Shown here: piece after piece, positions 9,072-17,634 of the stretch
How positions within the stretch are numbered: position 1 is the first letter of the stretch
Layout: each line of letters begins with the position of its first letter
The notes under the pieces: generated by a model
Told to the model about the DNA's origin: nothing
What the model saw: the letters and a program-made list of their open reading frames with translations, nothing else
Database searches by the model: none
Translations under genes and position numbers: made by a program
Origin: an uncultured Methylomirabilota bacterium
Lineage (GTDB): Bacteria > Methylomirabilota > Methylomirabilia > CAVQYV01
Reading direction: 5' to 3'
Length of the DNA stretch: 64,000 bases
Assembly: GCA_963718295.1 (NCBI GenBank)
Contig: CAVQYV010000003.1
Location: forward strand, 16,482-80,481

Positions 9072-10712
9072 ATGACTCGCATCGCCGACAAGAAGCACCG
9101 TTTTCGGACCACCCTGTGGGATTTGCTGCGATACAGCCTGATCGTAATTACTGTCGCCTTAACCTGCACAGGCTCATTCGCATCCACCGTCAAAGCCTGG
9201 GTATTGGACGAAGTGACGGTCGCCCAATTGCAGGAAGGGATGCAGTCGGGCAAGTACACGGCCCGCTCCATCACCGAGATGTATCTGGCCCGCATCCAGG
9301 AGATCGATCGGAATGGACCCACCCTGAAGTCCGTGCTGGAGGTGAACCCCGATGCCCTGGCCATCGCCGACCAGCTGGATAAGGAGCGGCGTGAGGGCAA
9401 GATCCGCGGGCCTATGCATGGGATTCCCGTGTTGATCAAGGATAACATCGACACCGCCGACAAGATGAACACCACTGCCGGCTCCTTCGCCCTGCTCGGG
9501 GTTCCCGTGTACAAGGACGCCTTTCTGGTCCAGAAGCTCCGGGAGGCAGGGGCCATCATACTGGGAAAGACGAATATGAGCGAATGGGCGTACTTCCGCT
9601 CCACCCGGGGCTGCAGTGGCTGGAGTGCTCGGGGTGGACAGTGCCTGAACCCGTATATCCTCACCCGGAATCCTTGTGGTTCCAGTTCCGGATCGGGGGC
9701 AGCCATCGCCGCCAACCTGGCGGCTGTGTCAGTGGGCACCGAGACGGACGGCTCCATCACCTGTCCCTCGGGGGCCGCCTCTTTGGTGGGGATCAAGCCC
9801 ACCTTGGGCCTCATCAGCCGATCCGGGATCGTCCCCATCGCCCATAGCCAGGATACGGCCGGCCCTATGGCGAGAACCGTCTCCGACGCGGCAACCCTCC
9901 TGGGAGCCATGACTGGAGTCGATCCTCAGGATTCCGAAACTGCGAAGTCCCGCGGAATCGCCTTGACGGATTATACCAAATTCCTGGATCCCAAGGCCCT
10001 CCGCGGTGCCAGAATCGGCATTGCCCGGAATTTCTTCGGCTATCACGAGAAGGTCGATCAACTCATCAATCAGTGCATCGAGGTGATGAAGCAGCAGGGA
10101 GCCATCATCGTCGACCCTGCCAATATTGAAACGGCGGGGAAATTCGGTGACACCGAGTTCGAGGTCCTGGTGTATGAGTTCAAGGCGGATATGGCGAAGT
10201 ATCTTGCCACTCGCGGGCCGGGACCCAAGTCGATGAAGGATCTCATCGCGTTCAACAATGCCCACGAGGCGCAGGAGATGCCCTACTTCGGCCAGGAGAT
10301 ATTCCTCATGGCGGAGAAGAAGGGACCCCTCACGGATGAAGTTTACATCAAGGCCCTGGAGAAGAACCACAAGCTTTCCCGAACGGAAGGCATCGATGCT
10401 ACCCTGAAGAAATACAATCTCGATGCGATCGTCGCCCCCACCGGAGGTCCCATCTGCCTGATCGATCCGGTGATCGGCGACAAGCTCATTCCGCCCTTTG
10501 GGTCGCCTCTTTGGAGCCCCTCCGTCCCGGCAGTGGCAGGGTATCCTCATGTCACGGTACCTGCCGGATATATTTTTGGCGTCCCGGTGGGGATCTCCTT
10601 CATGGGCGGTGCCTGGAGCGAACCTGTGCTGATCAAGTTGGCCTACTCCTTCGAGCAGGCCACCAAGTATCGCAAGCCTCCTCAGTTCCTCGCCAGCGAT
10701 GTGACGAAGTAA
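9072..10712 (+). CDS. Amidase signature (AS) family amidase with an N-terminal membrane anchor or signal
   Basis: 546 aa. It carries the GGSSGGSGAAIAA amidase signature and the Ser-cisSer-Lys region (GCSGWSARGGQ...CGSSSGS). The antisense ORFs are GC shadows. Confidence 0.9.
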   Translation: MTRIADKKHRFRTTLWDLLRYSLIVITVALTCTGSFASTVKAWVLDEVTVAQLQEGMQSGKYTARSITEMYLARIQEIDRNGPTLKSVLEVNPDALAIADQLDKERREGKIRGPMHGIPVLIKDNIDTADKMNTTAGSFALLGVPVYKDAFLVQKLREAGAIILGKTNMSEWAYFRSTRGCSGWSARGGQCLNPYILTRNPCGSSSGSGAAIAANLAAVSVGTETDGSITCPSGAASLVGIKPTLGLISRSGIVPIAHSQDTAGPMARTVSDAATLLGAMTGVDPQDSETAKSRGIALTDYTKFLDPKALRGARIGIARNFFGYHEKVDQLINQCIEVMKQQGAIIVDPANIETAGKFGDTEFEVLVYEFKADMAKYLATRGPGPKSMKDLIAFNNAHEAQEMPYFGQEIFLMAEKKGPLTDEVYIKALEKNHKLSRTEGIDATLKKYNLDAIVAPTGGPICLIDPVIGDKLIPPFGSPLWSPSVPAVAGYPHVTVPAGYIFGVPVGISFMGGAWSEPVLIKLAYSFEQATKYRKPPQFLASDVTK

Positions 10713-10803
10713 GTAGAGGAAGGATGATTTAGCCGACAAGCGCTGATTTTCAAATCAGTGACGTGTGAGATCCTTGGGGTTCATCCCCAAGAACCTAAAG
10801 CAA

Positions 10804-10840
10804 GGGCAGGGTCATTCGACCCTGCCCTTCTGTTTGGGCT
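10804..10840 (+). terminator. Intrinsic terminator after the amidase gene (gggcagggtc-attc-gaccctgccc + T-tract)
   Basis: Perfect 10-bp stem followed by ttctgtttgggcttttg. Hairpins ctgatttt/aaatcag and cttgggg/ccccaag precede it. Confidence 0.5.
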
Positions 10841-10853
10841 TTTGCAGGGGAGT

Positions 10854-12827
10854 TAGCCCATCTTCCGCAGTTTGCCTTTGATTTCCCCTAAATCCACTCG
10901 GATTCCCTGCCCCAAGGCCCATGGAATCAACCTTTGATTGGCAGAAAGGGGATGTAGTGCAGAAAAGCCCCTTGTCGCAGGACCGTGGATTTCGGATAAT
11001 GTCATCGCCATGTATCTGCGACGCCACGACAAGAAGGTGGATGGGGAACACTATGGCTACTGGTCCTTGGTGGAGTCGGTCCGGACAGCTCGAGGGCCTC
11101 GTCAGAGGATCGTAGCGACCATCGGCAAGCTTCCCGGTCTGGATCAGGAAGAGCGGATCGGCTGGGAAGAGATCCGGCGGATCCTGGAAGGCAAGGCGGC
11201 GCAGCCGAACCTTTTCTCACCCTATGCCGAGCCGCCCTTATGGGCTACGGTCGATATCAACAAGGTAAGGGTGGAGCGGCTGCGCCATTTCGGCGATGTT
11301 TACCTGGGTCTTCTGTTATGGAACAAGCTCGGTTTTGCCGAGTTCTGCAGAGGGCATATGACCGAAGGCCGGGAGGAGATTCCTTGGTCCGCTATGGCCT
11401 CCATCCTGGTTCTGGCTCGTTTTTGTGCCCCTTCCTCCGAGTTGCAGATTGCAGAATCGTGGTACGATAAGACGGCTCTCGATGATCTTCTGGGCGTCCC
11501 GGGGGAGAAGATCAACGAGGACCGGCTCTATCGGGCCCTCGATGCCCTTTGGCCCCATAAAGATGAGTTATGCAGACATCTTCAAGCCCGTTATGGGCGA
11601 GCTCTTCGGCTCGACCTTCGACTTCCTCTTCTACGACATCACCTCCACCTATTTTGAGGGGACGCACCGGCAAGCCGCAGGAAGAGGGTACAGCCGGGAA
11701 ATCGTCCCGATTGTCCCCAGGTGTGTATCGGCCTGGTGGCAACGAAGGAAGGATTGCCCATTGCCTTTGAGATCTTCGACGGCAACCGTCCCGATGTCAC
11801 CACGACCCAGGAGATGGTGCAGGTGATGGAGGCCAAGTACGGCAAGGCGAACCGGGTGTGGGTGCATGGACCGGGGCATGGTGAGTGAAGACAACCTGGA
11901 ATTCATGTGCGCTCAGGGGCCCGATACCTGGTGGGCACCCCCCGATCCCTCTTGAGGAAGTTCGAACAGCACCTTCTGGACCAAAGCTGGGAGGAGGTGC
12001 AGCCGGGGGTTGAGGTCAAGCTGTGCCCTTCCCCCGAAGGGACGGAGGAGGTGTTTGTTCTGTGCCGATCCCGGGGACGGAAGGAGAAGGAGCATGCCAT
12101 CCTCGACCGCTTTGTAAAGAGGCTGGGAGAGAAACTGGCGAAACTGGCCGAGCGAGGCGAACAGGGCAAGATCAGAGATCAACAGAGGGTGGAGCGGCAG
12201 ATCGGACGGCTTCTGGAACGGAACAGCCGAGCCGCCTCCCTCTTCACGGTCACCGTCACGAAAAAGGAGACTCGCCTTTCTATCGACATTCAAAGAAACG
12301 AAGAACGATATGAATGGGCCGTGGAAACCGGCGGCAGCTACCTTTTGCGTACCAACTGGAGGGAGACCGATCCGAAAGTCCTGTGGAGCACCTACATTCA
12401 GCTTACGGAAGTGGAAGACGCCTTCCGCACGATCAAACATGATCTGGGAATGAGGCCGATCTTCCATCAGAAGCAGGCCAGGACCCAGGCTCATATCCTG
12501 GTATGCTTTCTTTCCCTCGTATTGTGGCGGAGCCTGCAGCAGTGGATGAAGGCATCAGGCCTGGGTACGGCTCCGAGAAAACTCCTGGAAGAGATGAGGG
12601 AACTGAAATCCCTCGATGTCCTCCTGCCTGCAAGGGATAAAACCATCAGGCTGAGGGTAGTGGCAAGTGCCCCACAGGCCCTCAAGGTGCTGCTTCAAAG
12701 GATGAAGATCCTGCTTCCCAATCAGGCCAAGAATCATCGAAAATGTAGTGCAGAAAAATGCCCCATTTCCATCGTAACTATTCTAAATTTACTCGTTTTG
12801 AAATTTATAACTGCGGAAGATGGGCTA
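10854..12827 (+). mobile_element. IS1634/IS4-family-like insertion sequence (1974 bp) with perfect 19-bp terminal inverted repeats
   Basis: IRL tagcccatcttccgcagtt at 10854-10872 is the reverse complement of aactgcggaagatgggcta at 12809-12827. The interior encodes a transposase with YWSLVESVRTARGPRQR and FDFLFYDITSTYFEG motifs. The subterminal direct repeat atgtagtgcagaaaa occurs at both ends. No clear short TSD. Confidence 0.65.
11010..12775 (+). pseudogene. IS1634-family (IS4-like DDE) transposase, disrupted by four frameshifts
   Basis: The coding sequence is distributed over frames 3 -> 1 -> 3 -> 1 -> 3. Frame changes occur near 11590, 11690, 11866 and 11918. Conserved blocks are KPVMGELFGSTFDFLFYDITSTYFEG, RPDCPQV.IGLVATKEGLPIAFEIFDGNRPD and MDRGMVSEDNLEFM...ARYLVGTP. 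The listed ORF runs on to 13052 through IRR and beyond. Confidence 0.7.
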
Positions 12828-12924
12828 GAGATGTCTGCCTCCAAGAAGCTGCACGCCGACAAGGAGCGGAGCCAGGGACACATCCCATTCCACTCGGAGC
12901 CTCGCGCGGAATCCGAGATGAGAT

Positions 12925-12940
12925 TTGAATTCGAATTCAA
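12925..12940 (+). promoter_or_regulatory. Perfect 16-bp palindrome TTGAATTCGAATTCAA (possible operator)
   Basis: Self-complementary 16-mer about 100 bp outside IRR and 270 bp upstream of the lytic transglycosylase gene. Confidence 0.2.
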
Positions 12941-13206
12941 TGGGGTGTGTTTCCTTATACTCAAGAGTTGCCAGCCATTGATGGCTTGCTTATTGCACAA
13001 CCCCGGCACTGTCCACAAGTCACTGGCGAGAAGGCTTCATGCGATCTGCTGAGCGATCCGAACGTGGATTGCCCTGGTGATTGCCGCCTCCAAACGGATT
13101 TGAAGCTTACAGAAATGGGTAGGCGTGTACCCAGGGGCAGACAATGCATCGCACGCCCCTGCGAACGGGAGCTGCGTAAAGACCAATGGAAGGGGGAACA
13201 ACCTTC

Positions 13207-14334
13207 ATGAGGCCTAAGCACTTGATTTTGGCAATGCTTCTATTGGTGGTCGGGTTCCATTCTACTGCGTGGGCGAGAGATCCAATTATGTATGGTCCTC
13301 TTGGGAAGTTGAAAAGAATAAGGACGGAGGCTGTACGTCCAGCGGATGAGATAGTCATCTATAGCCAAACGATCAGCGATGCCCCTGGGATGGGGGAATG
13401 GCGATCATACAACCAGGACTTCGGATGGACCCATACCTTTGATGTTGCCTATTCTTACGTCCAGTGGAGTGACCTGAATATCACGGCCTTGGATGTAGAT
13501 TATGATGAGGGTCAGAGGGACCTCATATATGCGGACGGGCAATATCTTGGCCCGCTGCAGGGTGGAGATAGCGGATGGTGGCCAACAAGTTTCGCCGTGC
13601 CCATATCCACCCTCCTTCCCGACGGAAAGCTGGCTATTTGGGTGGACGTCGACTCTACCCATGATTACGAAAAATGGATGGTCACGATAGGATCATCGAC
13701 GCTCCGGGTCGCATACGTTCTGAAGCCTGATCGAGAGGAGGCCTTCCGACGATTGGACGACAAATGGAATACGCTGAGCCAGCGGGAAAAGGCGTCCAAG
13801 GTGAGGAACCAAGCCGTCTTTAACGGTTTGACCGCGAGGTATGCCACAATGACCGCCAGGCAAGTGGAGTCTGCGATCGAGAAAGTGAAAGCCTCAAATC
13901 CAGCCTATGCCAAGATAGAAACGAGATTGGTCAAAGCCCTCATTTATGTCGAATCCGCCAACAATTTCCTGGCCCTGAGCGACCAAGGGGCTTTAGGACT
14001 TGGACAGAAGTTGACAGGAGCAGTAAACGCAAAAAAGGCTTTTGCCAACCTTCAGCGAACCCTAGACCTGGCCGCCTATAAATATGGAAGTCTTGCCCTC
14101 GATAGCAGAACATTGCCGGAGCAAAGTATCGATTTGGCACTTGCCTACCTTAACTGGCTTGCCAATCTTCCCATTGTCTCCAATGACATCGACAGGATGC
14201 TGGCCGCCTACAATTGTGGCCCGGGATGCTTGCGGCGACTCCTGCAGAGTGAAGGGTCCGGATGGATGAGAAAGCTCCCCGACGAAACCAAGGACTATAT
14301 CCCGAAAATCAAAGAGAAAGCAGGTACAAAATAG
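13207..14334 (+). CDS. Secreted protein with a C-terminal lytic transglycosylase (SLT) domain
   Basis: Signal peptide MRPKHLILAMLLLVVGFHSTAWA after an AAGGGGGA RBS. The C-terminal region has ALIYVESANNF...GALGLGQ...AYNCGPG SLT motifs. The N-terminal 230 aa are unassigned. The region is lower GC. Confidence 0.7.
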   Translation: MRPKHLILAMLLLVVGFHSTAWARDPIMYGPLGKLKRIRTEAVRPADEIVIYSQTISDAPGMGEWRSYNQDFGWTHTFDVAYSYVQWSDLNITALDVDYDEGQRDLIYADGQYLGPLQGGDSGWWPTSFAVPISTLLPDGKLAIWVDVDSTHDYEKWMVTIGSSTLRVAYVLKPDREEAFRRLDDKWNTLSQREKASKVRNQAVFNGLTARYATMTARQVESAIEKVKASNPAYAKIETRLVKALIYVESANNFLALSDQGALGLGQKLTGAVNAKKAFANLQRTLDLAAYKYGSLALDSRTLPEQSIDLALAYLNWLANLPIVSNDIDRMLAAYNCGPGCLRRLLQSEGSGWMRKLPDETKDYIPKIKEKAGTK

Positions 14335-14345
14335 GGAGGGGATCC

Positions 14346-15257
14346 ATGACCGCCAGAAACGTATTCGTCTTTCTGCTACTACTTGCCACAAGCCCCATCG
14401 TTATGGCACAAGGTCTTGAAGTGAGGGGAGTCCACAATATCTTCGGTGATGACCTCGGTGCCCGGCAGACAATGTTTTACGAAATCATGGGAAGTATGGG
14501 TGGCTTCTTTCAGCATCCCGCCTTATCACCTGACGGAAAGATGGTTGCGTTTGACTTCACTGTTTATGACACCCCATTTGCAATATGGATCGTCAATTCC
14601 AATGGAACGGGACTCAAGAAAGTTTCCACTGCTGATGATGCAGACCCGTCCTGGTCGCCAGACAGCCGTGGAATCGCCTTCGTTCGATACAACGATCTCA
14701 AGGACAGACCTGAAATCTGGCTTATGAATTCCGACGGTTCCAGCGAAGCTTTCCTCATTGACGGCTTTGCACCCTCCTGGGCAGCCCACGGGAAAATAGC
14801 CTTCATCAGGAAAGATGCGTCCGGAAACAATGACGTATGGACGATTAATGCCGACAAGACGGGGCCGATTAAAGTCACCAATACCCTTGAAAATGAGATC
14901 GATGTCTCTTGGTCTCCGGACGGGACTAAGATGGCCTTCTCACGCAGCAGCGCCAACGGGTTCGATATCTGGATGATGAACTCCGACGGAAGAGATCAAA
15001 GACAATTGACAAAGGGAGGAGGGGTTGATCCTTCCTGGTCACCCGATGGGAAATGGATCGCCTTTGCCTCCGATAGATGGGGAAAACGAAACGACATCTG
15101 GGCAGTTAGAGCAGAGGATGGTAGAGAAACCCATTTGGCCACCAAAGCATTGTCTGCCAGTTCTCCTTGCTGGGCACCTGACGGAAAGGGAATCCTCTTT
15201 TCAGCGGCCTACATACATGGTCAGGATGCCGATCTTTACTTTATGAGTCTGTATTGA
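14346..15257 (+). CDS. Periplasmic TolB-like beta-propeller protein (PD40/WD40-like repeats)
   Basis: The start after the GGGAGGGG RBS reads MTARNVFVFLLLLATSPIVMA, a signal peptide. SWSPDG/PD40 motifs repeat (DPSWSPDSRGIAF, SWSPDGTKMAF, SWSPDGKWIAF). Confidence 0.75.
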   Translation: MTARNVFVFLLLLATSPIVMAQGLEVRGVHNIFGDDLGARQTMFYEIMGSMGGFFQHPALSPDGKMVAFDFTVYDTPFAIWIVNSNGTGLKKVSTADDADPSWSPDSRGIAFVRYNDLKDRPEIWLMNSDGSSEAFLIDGFAPSWAAHGKIAFIRKDASGNNDVWTINADKTGPIKVTNTLENEIDVSWSPDGTKMAFSRSSANGFDIWMMNSDGRDQRQLTKGGGVDPSWSPDGKWIAFASDRWGKRNDIWAVRAEDGRETHLATKALSASSPCWAPDGKGILFSAAYIHGQDADLYFMSLY

Positions 15258-15420
15258 GAGGAGATTCGGAAGCCGCGTGATTTGGCGTGGTCCCCAACAT
15301 CCCTGACCCCTCCTCCTCACCCTGGATCCTTGATTGGGGACACCAGTAATCACCGCCAGGGGCGGGGCGTAGGATTTTCATGAATCAACTCAGAAACCAC
15401 ATCTCTCTCGTCTAACTCAA

Positions 15421-15452
15421 AGGCAGGGTCATTCAACCCCGCCTTTCTTTTT
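15421..15452 (+). terminator. Intrinsic terminator-like hairpin (aggcagggtc-attcaa-ccccgcct + T-tract) after the TolB-like gene
   Basis: 8/9-bp stem followed by ttctttttag. About 80% similar to the terminator at 10804. Confidence 0.4.
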
Positions 15453-15513
15453 AGCCCGAGATAATTTCACGGTGTCAAGCGATGCCGACGGGGAATTCCC
15501 GTTCGAATCCCTT

Positions 15514-15620
15514 CAGTAAGTTGTTTTAGAATCAACGTCCCCCTTTTCGCCCTTTTCGCCTTTTCGCCGGTAAGCTGTTTTAGAAGCCCCCATCACTCCC
15601 TGGGGTGTCCCCCAGGTTTT
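15514..15620 (+). repeat. Two tandem copies of the intergenic repeat aag(t/c)tgttttagaa(tcaac)g.cccc plus a terminator hairpin cctgggg-tgtc-ccccagg-tttt
   Basis: Copies at 15517-15545 and 15571-15592 are separated by a (ttttcgcc)x3 run. A third copy lies at 44123-44176. All sit at convergent gene junctions. Confidence 0.45.
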
Positions 15621-15667
15621 CCAAGGACCTTGCCGCGTAACGCCACCGGCCCCTTTCCACCGTTCAC

Positions 15668-16096
15668 TCAAGCGCCTTGTTGGCCAAGCAATTCCGTCCG
15701 AAGACCTGAATTTACAGCTGCCTCTAATTGCCTTCTGTCTGAGGTAACAAATAGATCTGCCTTCCACTCCAGAGCACAAGCAACATGTAAGGCGTCCATA
15801 GCGCGTAATAAAGTTGTTTCCAGAAGTTTGACAGAAAGTGAAATAACTGCTGGAGTGAGTTGGAGGACGATTGCATCACGGACGTCCTCTAACAATTGTT
15901 TTTTGGCTTCTCGGTAATCTCTGCCAGTAAAGCAGCCTTCACGTAATCGCCGATTCAGACCGGAGATGAGTTCGGGTACCAAGATAACGCAGATAGCTAG
16001 CTCTGAAGCGGTTTGAAGTAAATCATCGAGTCTGTCGCTGCCGATTTCTTGGATGTATCTTTTGGCAAACGAGGAAGAATCAACTGACAGCCTCAT
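15668..16096 (-). CDS. vapC: PIN-domain toxin (VapC-like) of a type II toxin-antitoxin pair
   Basis: 142 aa with PIN acidic residues in LSVDSS, VPELI, DALHVACAL and FVTSDRRQ. It overlaps the upstream antitoxin gene by 4 nt (ATGA). Confidence 0.8.
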   Translation of the reverse strand: MRLSVDSSSFAKRYIQEIGSDRLDDLLQTASELAICVILVPELISGLNRRLREGCFTGRDYREAKKQLLEDVRDAIVLQLTPAVISLSVKLLETTLLRAMDALHVACALEWKADLFVTSDRRQLEAAVNSGLRTELLGQQGA

Positions 16097-16326
16097 TGGC
16101 CGCCCTCACGTTCTTCCAAAATAGCAGAAGATAGGTCAATTCCTTGAATTTGCAGTCGGATTCTTGATTTCTTCCATGAGGGTGTCCTTCGAACTTCATC
16201 GGAAAATGGAATTACTTCCGCTACGGGTTTTCCACGACGCAAAACAACAAGGGTCTCTCCATGTTCCACTTCGGTGATGAAATCTGAAGCTTTTTTACGA
16301 AAATCAGTAAACGATATGGTTTTCAT
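16093..16326 (-). CDS. Phd/YefM-family antitoxin
   Basis: 77 aa. MKTISFTDFRKKASDFITEVEHGETLVVLRRGKPVAEVIP matches the Phd/YefM N-terminal fold signature. Confidence 0.8.
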   Translation of the reverse strand: MKTISFTDFRKKASDFITEVEHGETLVVLRRGKPVAEVIPFSDEVRRTPSWKKSRIRLQIQGIDLSSAILEEREGGQ

Positions 16327-16400
16327 CTCAGTGCCTCCTTATATGCACAGATAAGTGTACATACATGAAAGGCCTTTGTCAAGTTCTCCAATTTATGGCC

Positions 16401-16570
16401 AATGCCGAATTGAGCGGCAACCGCAGACGGCGCGGTGAGGAGCGAACGCTTTCGTTCGCGGAATCGCGCCAGCCAGGCGGCAGCCCCTCCTCGCAGGGGG
16501 TGCCGCTCGAACCACTTGTTCGCGCCCCGGGCGGCGCGAACAAGTCATGAGAGTCGATCAATTCGGCATT
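16401..16570 (+). repeat. MITE-like intergenic repeat, copy A, most complete (170 bp, 12-13 bp perfect TIRs aatgccgaattg / caattcggcatt)
   Basis: Block order is box1 ccgaattgagcggcaaccgcagacggcgcg, a variable gaacgctttcgttcgcg, box2 ggcggcagcccc-hairpin-gggg, box3 tgccgctcgaa, then a 12-bp-stem hairpin cttgttcgcgcc/ggcgcgaacaag, then the right TIR. Confidence 0.5.
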
Positions 16571-16654
16571 CGCGCTTCTTCTTAGCGGCGCGAATGTGTG
16601 CGTCGCCCTTCGCGCGCATATCGTGCGATAGGGTAGACGCAATGGTTGTGCATC

Positions 16655-17338
16655 TCATTCGTGCTGGATTTCTTCCCATAGCGCCTTGTTGAAGGGGGCG
16701 TGGCGTGAGGGGCAGTTCTCTTTGTGGCAGACCTCACAACTGCGAAAATCTGTCTCCGTGGGAAACAAGATGCCCGACGTCGTCTTGTTGGGGATCATGA
16801 GGGATGACTCGGTTAGTCGGATGCCAAGTTTCTCCTCAACCCCGTCGAGTAGGCAGAACAGGCTTTTCTGCTGTTCAATAGGCCAAACCGAAGCGTCACC
16901 CGACCCGGGGCGCATGGTTGCCGTCTTGCCAAGACGGAACGTCTGGTGCAAGTGCTCGCTCAGGAACTTGTTGGCCACGCCAAGCAGACGAGTCTTGATC
17001 AAATCCCACCAAAACTCCTGCAGCATATCACCCTTGCACGGGAAGCCATGATCCAGTTCATGTCCACAAGTGGCGATAAGCGGAAAAACCCGTTCGACGG
17101 GTTCCAGATTGTGGGCAAGCGTCCGGCTTGTAAACCAGACATCGCCAATCTGGGTCCTGTCGCCGTCTCGCGCCGTAATGAAAGCGGCGGCGTAGGCGGC
17201 CTTCGGGCTGCCGATGCTCTGCGCCAATTCAATCAGCGAGAGCAGGTCCGCTGCGTCGCTTGACCCGACTTCAACATGGGCTTGAGCCATGATCTGGTCA
17301 GCATCCAGGGAAAACGGGATCTTGGTGAGGGTCCTCAT
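16655..17338 (-). CDS. Hypothetical protein (227 aa) with a C-terminal Cys cluster; possibly methionine-synthase activation-domain-like (uncertain)
   Basis: Start MRTLTKIP after a GGAG RBS. It ends ...FRSCEVCHKENCPSRH. The family assignment is a weak recollection only. MITE-like copies A and B flank it in direct orientation. Confidence 0.55.
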   Translation of the reverse strand: MRTLTKIPFSLDADQIMAQAHVEVGSSDAADLLSLIELAQSIGSPKAAYAAAFITARDGDRTQIGDVWFTSRTLAHNLEPVERVFPLIATCGHELDHGFPCKGDMLQEFWWDLIKTRLLGVANKFLSEHLHQTFRLGKTATMRPGSGDASVWPIEQQKSLFCLLDGVEEKLGIRLTESSLMIPNKTTSGILFPTETDFRSCEVCHKENCPSRHAPFNKALWEEIQHE

Positions 17339-17355
17339 TACATCTCCTTGGACAC

Positions 17356-17475
17356 AATGCCGAATTGAGGGGCAACCGCAGACGGCGCGTAGGAAGCAGA
17401 CCTCCCGGTCCACGACCCGTCTAAGCGCCGGCTAGGCGGCAGCCCCGTAGTGTAGGGGGTGCCGCTCGAATGGCT
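17356..17475 (+). repeat. MITE-like intergenic repeat, copy B (degenerate right end)
   Basis: aatgccgaattgaggggcaaccgcagacggcgcg ... ggcggcagccccgtagtgtagggggtgccgctcgaa. Box1, box2 and box3 are conserved, with compensatory changes in the internal hairpin relative to copy A. Confidence 0.5.
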
Positions 17476-17634
17476 TGTTGAGCAAATCACGGGAAATCAG
17501 GGAAATCAGGGACACATCCATTTTTCCCGAACCCTCGCGGGAGACCGAAGATGAGGATCGAATGCGAATCAAGAGATGGTCCCCCGGCCCGCCCGCCCCT
17601 TCCGAGCGGGGAACGGATCGCCCTAAATCGGCTC

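Noticed and set aside
10804-15452. The two similar terminator hairpins (10804-10840 and 15421-15452) as a long IS1634-type target-site duplication flanking IS plus cargo.
   Set aside because: They are only about 80% identical and differ in stem sequence. A diverged shared terminator motif is more likely. There is no clean direct repeat abutting both IS ends.
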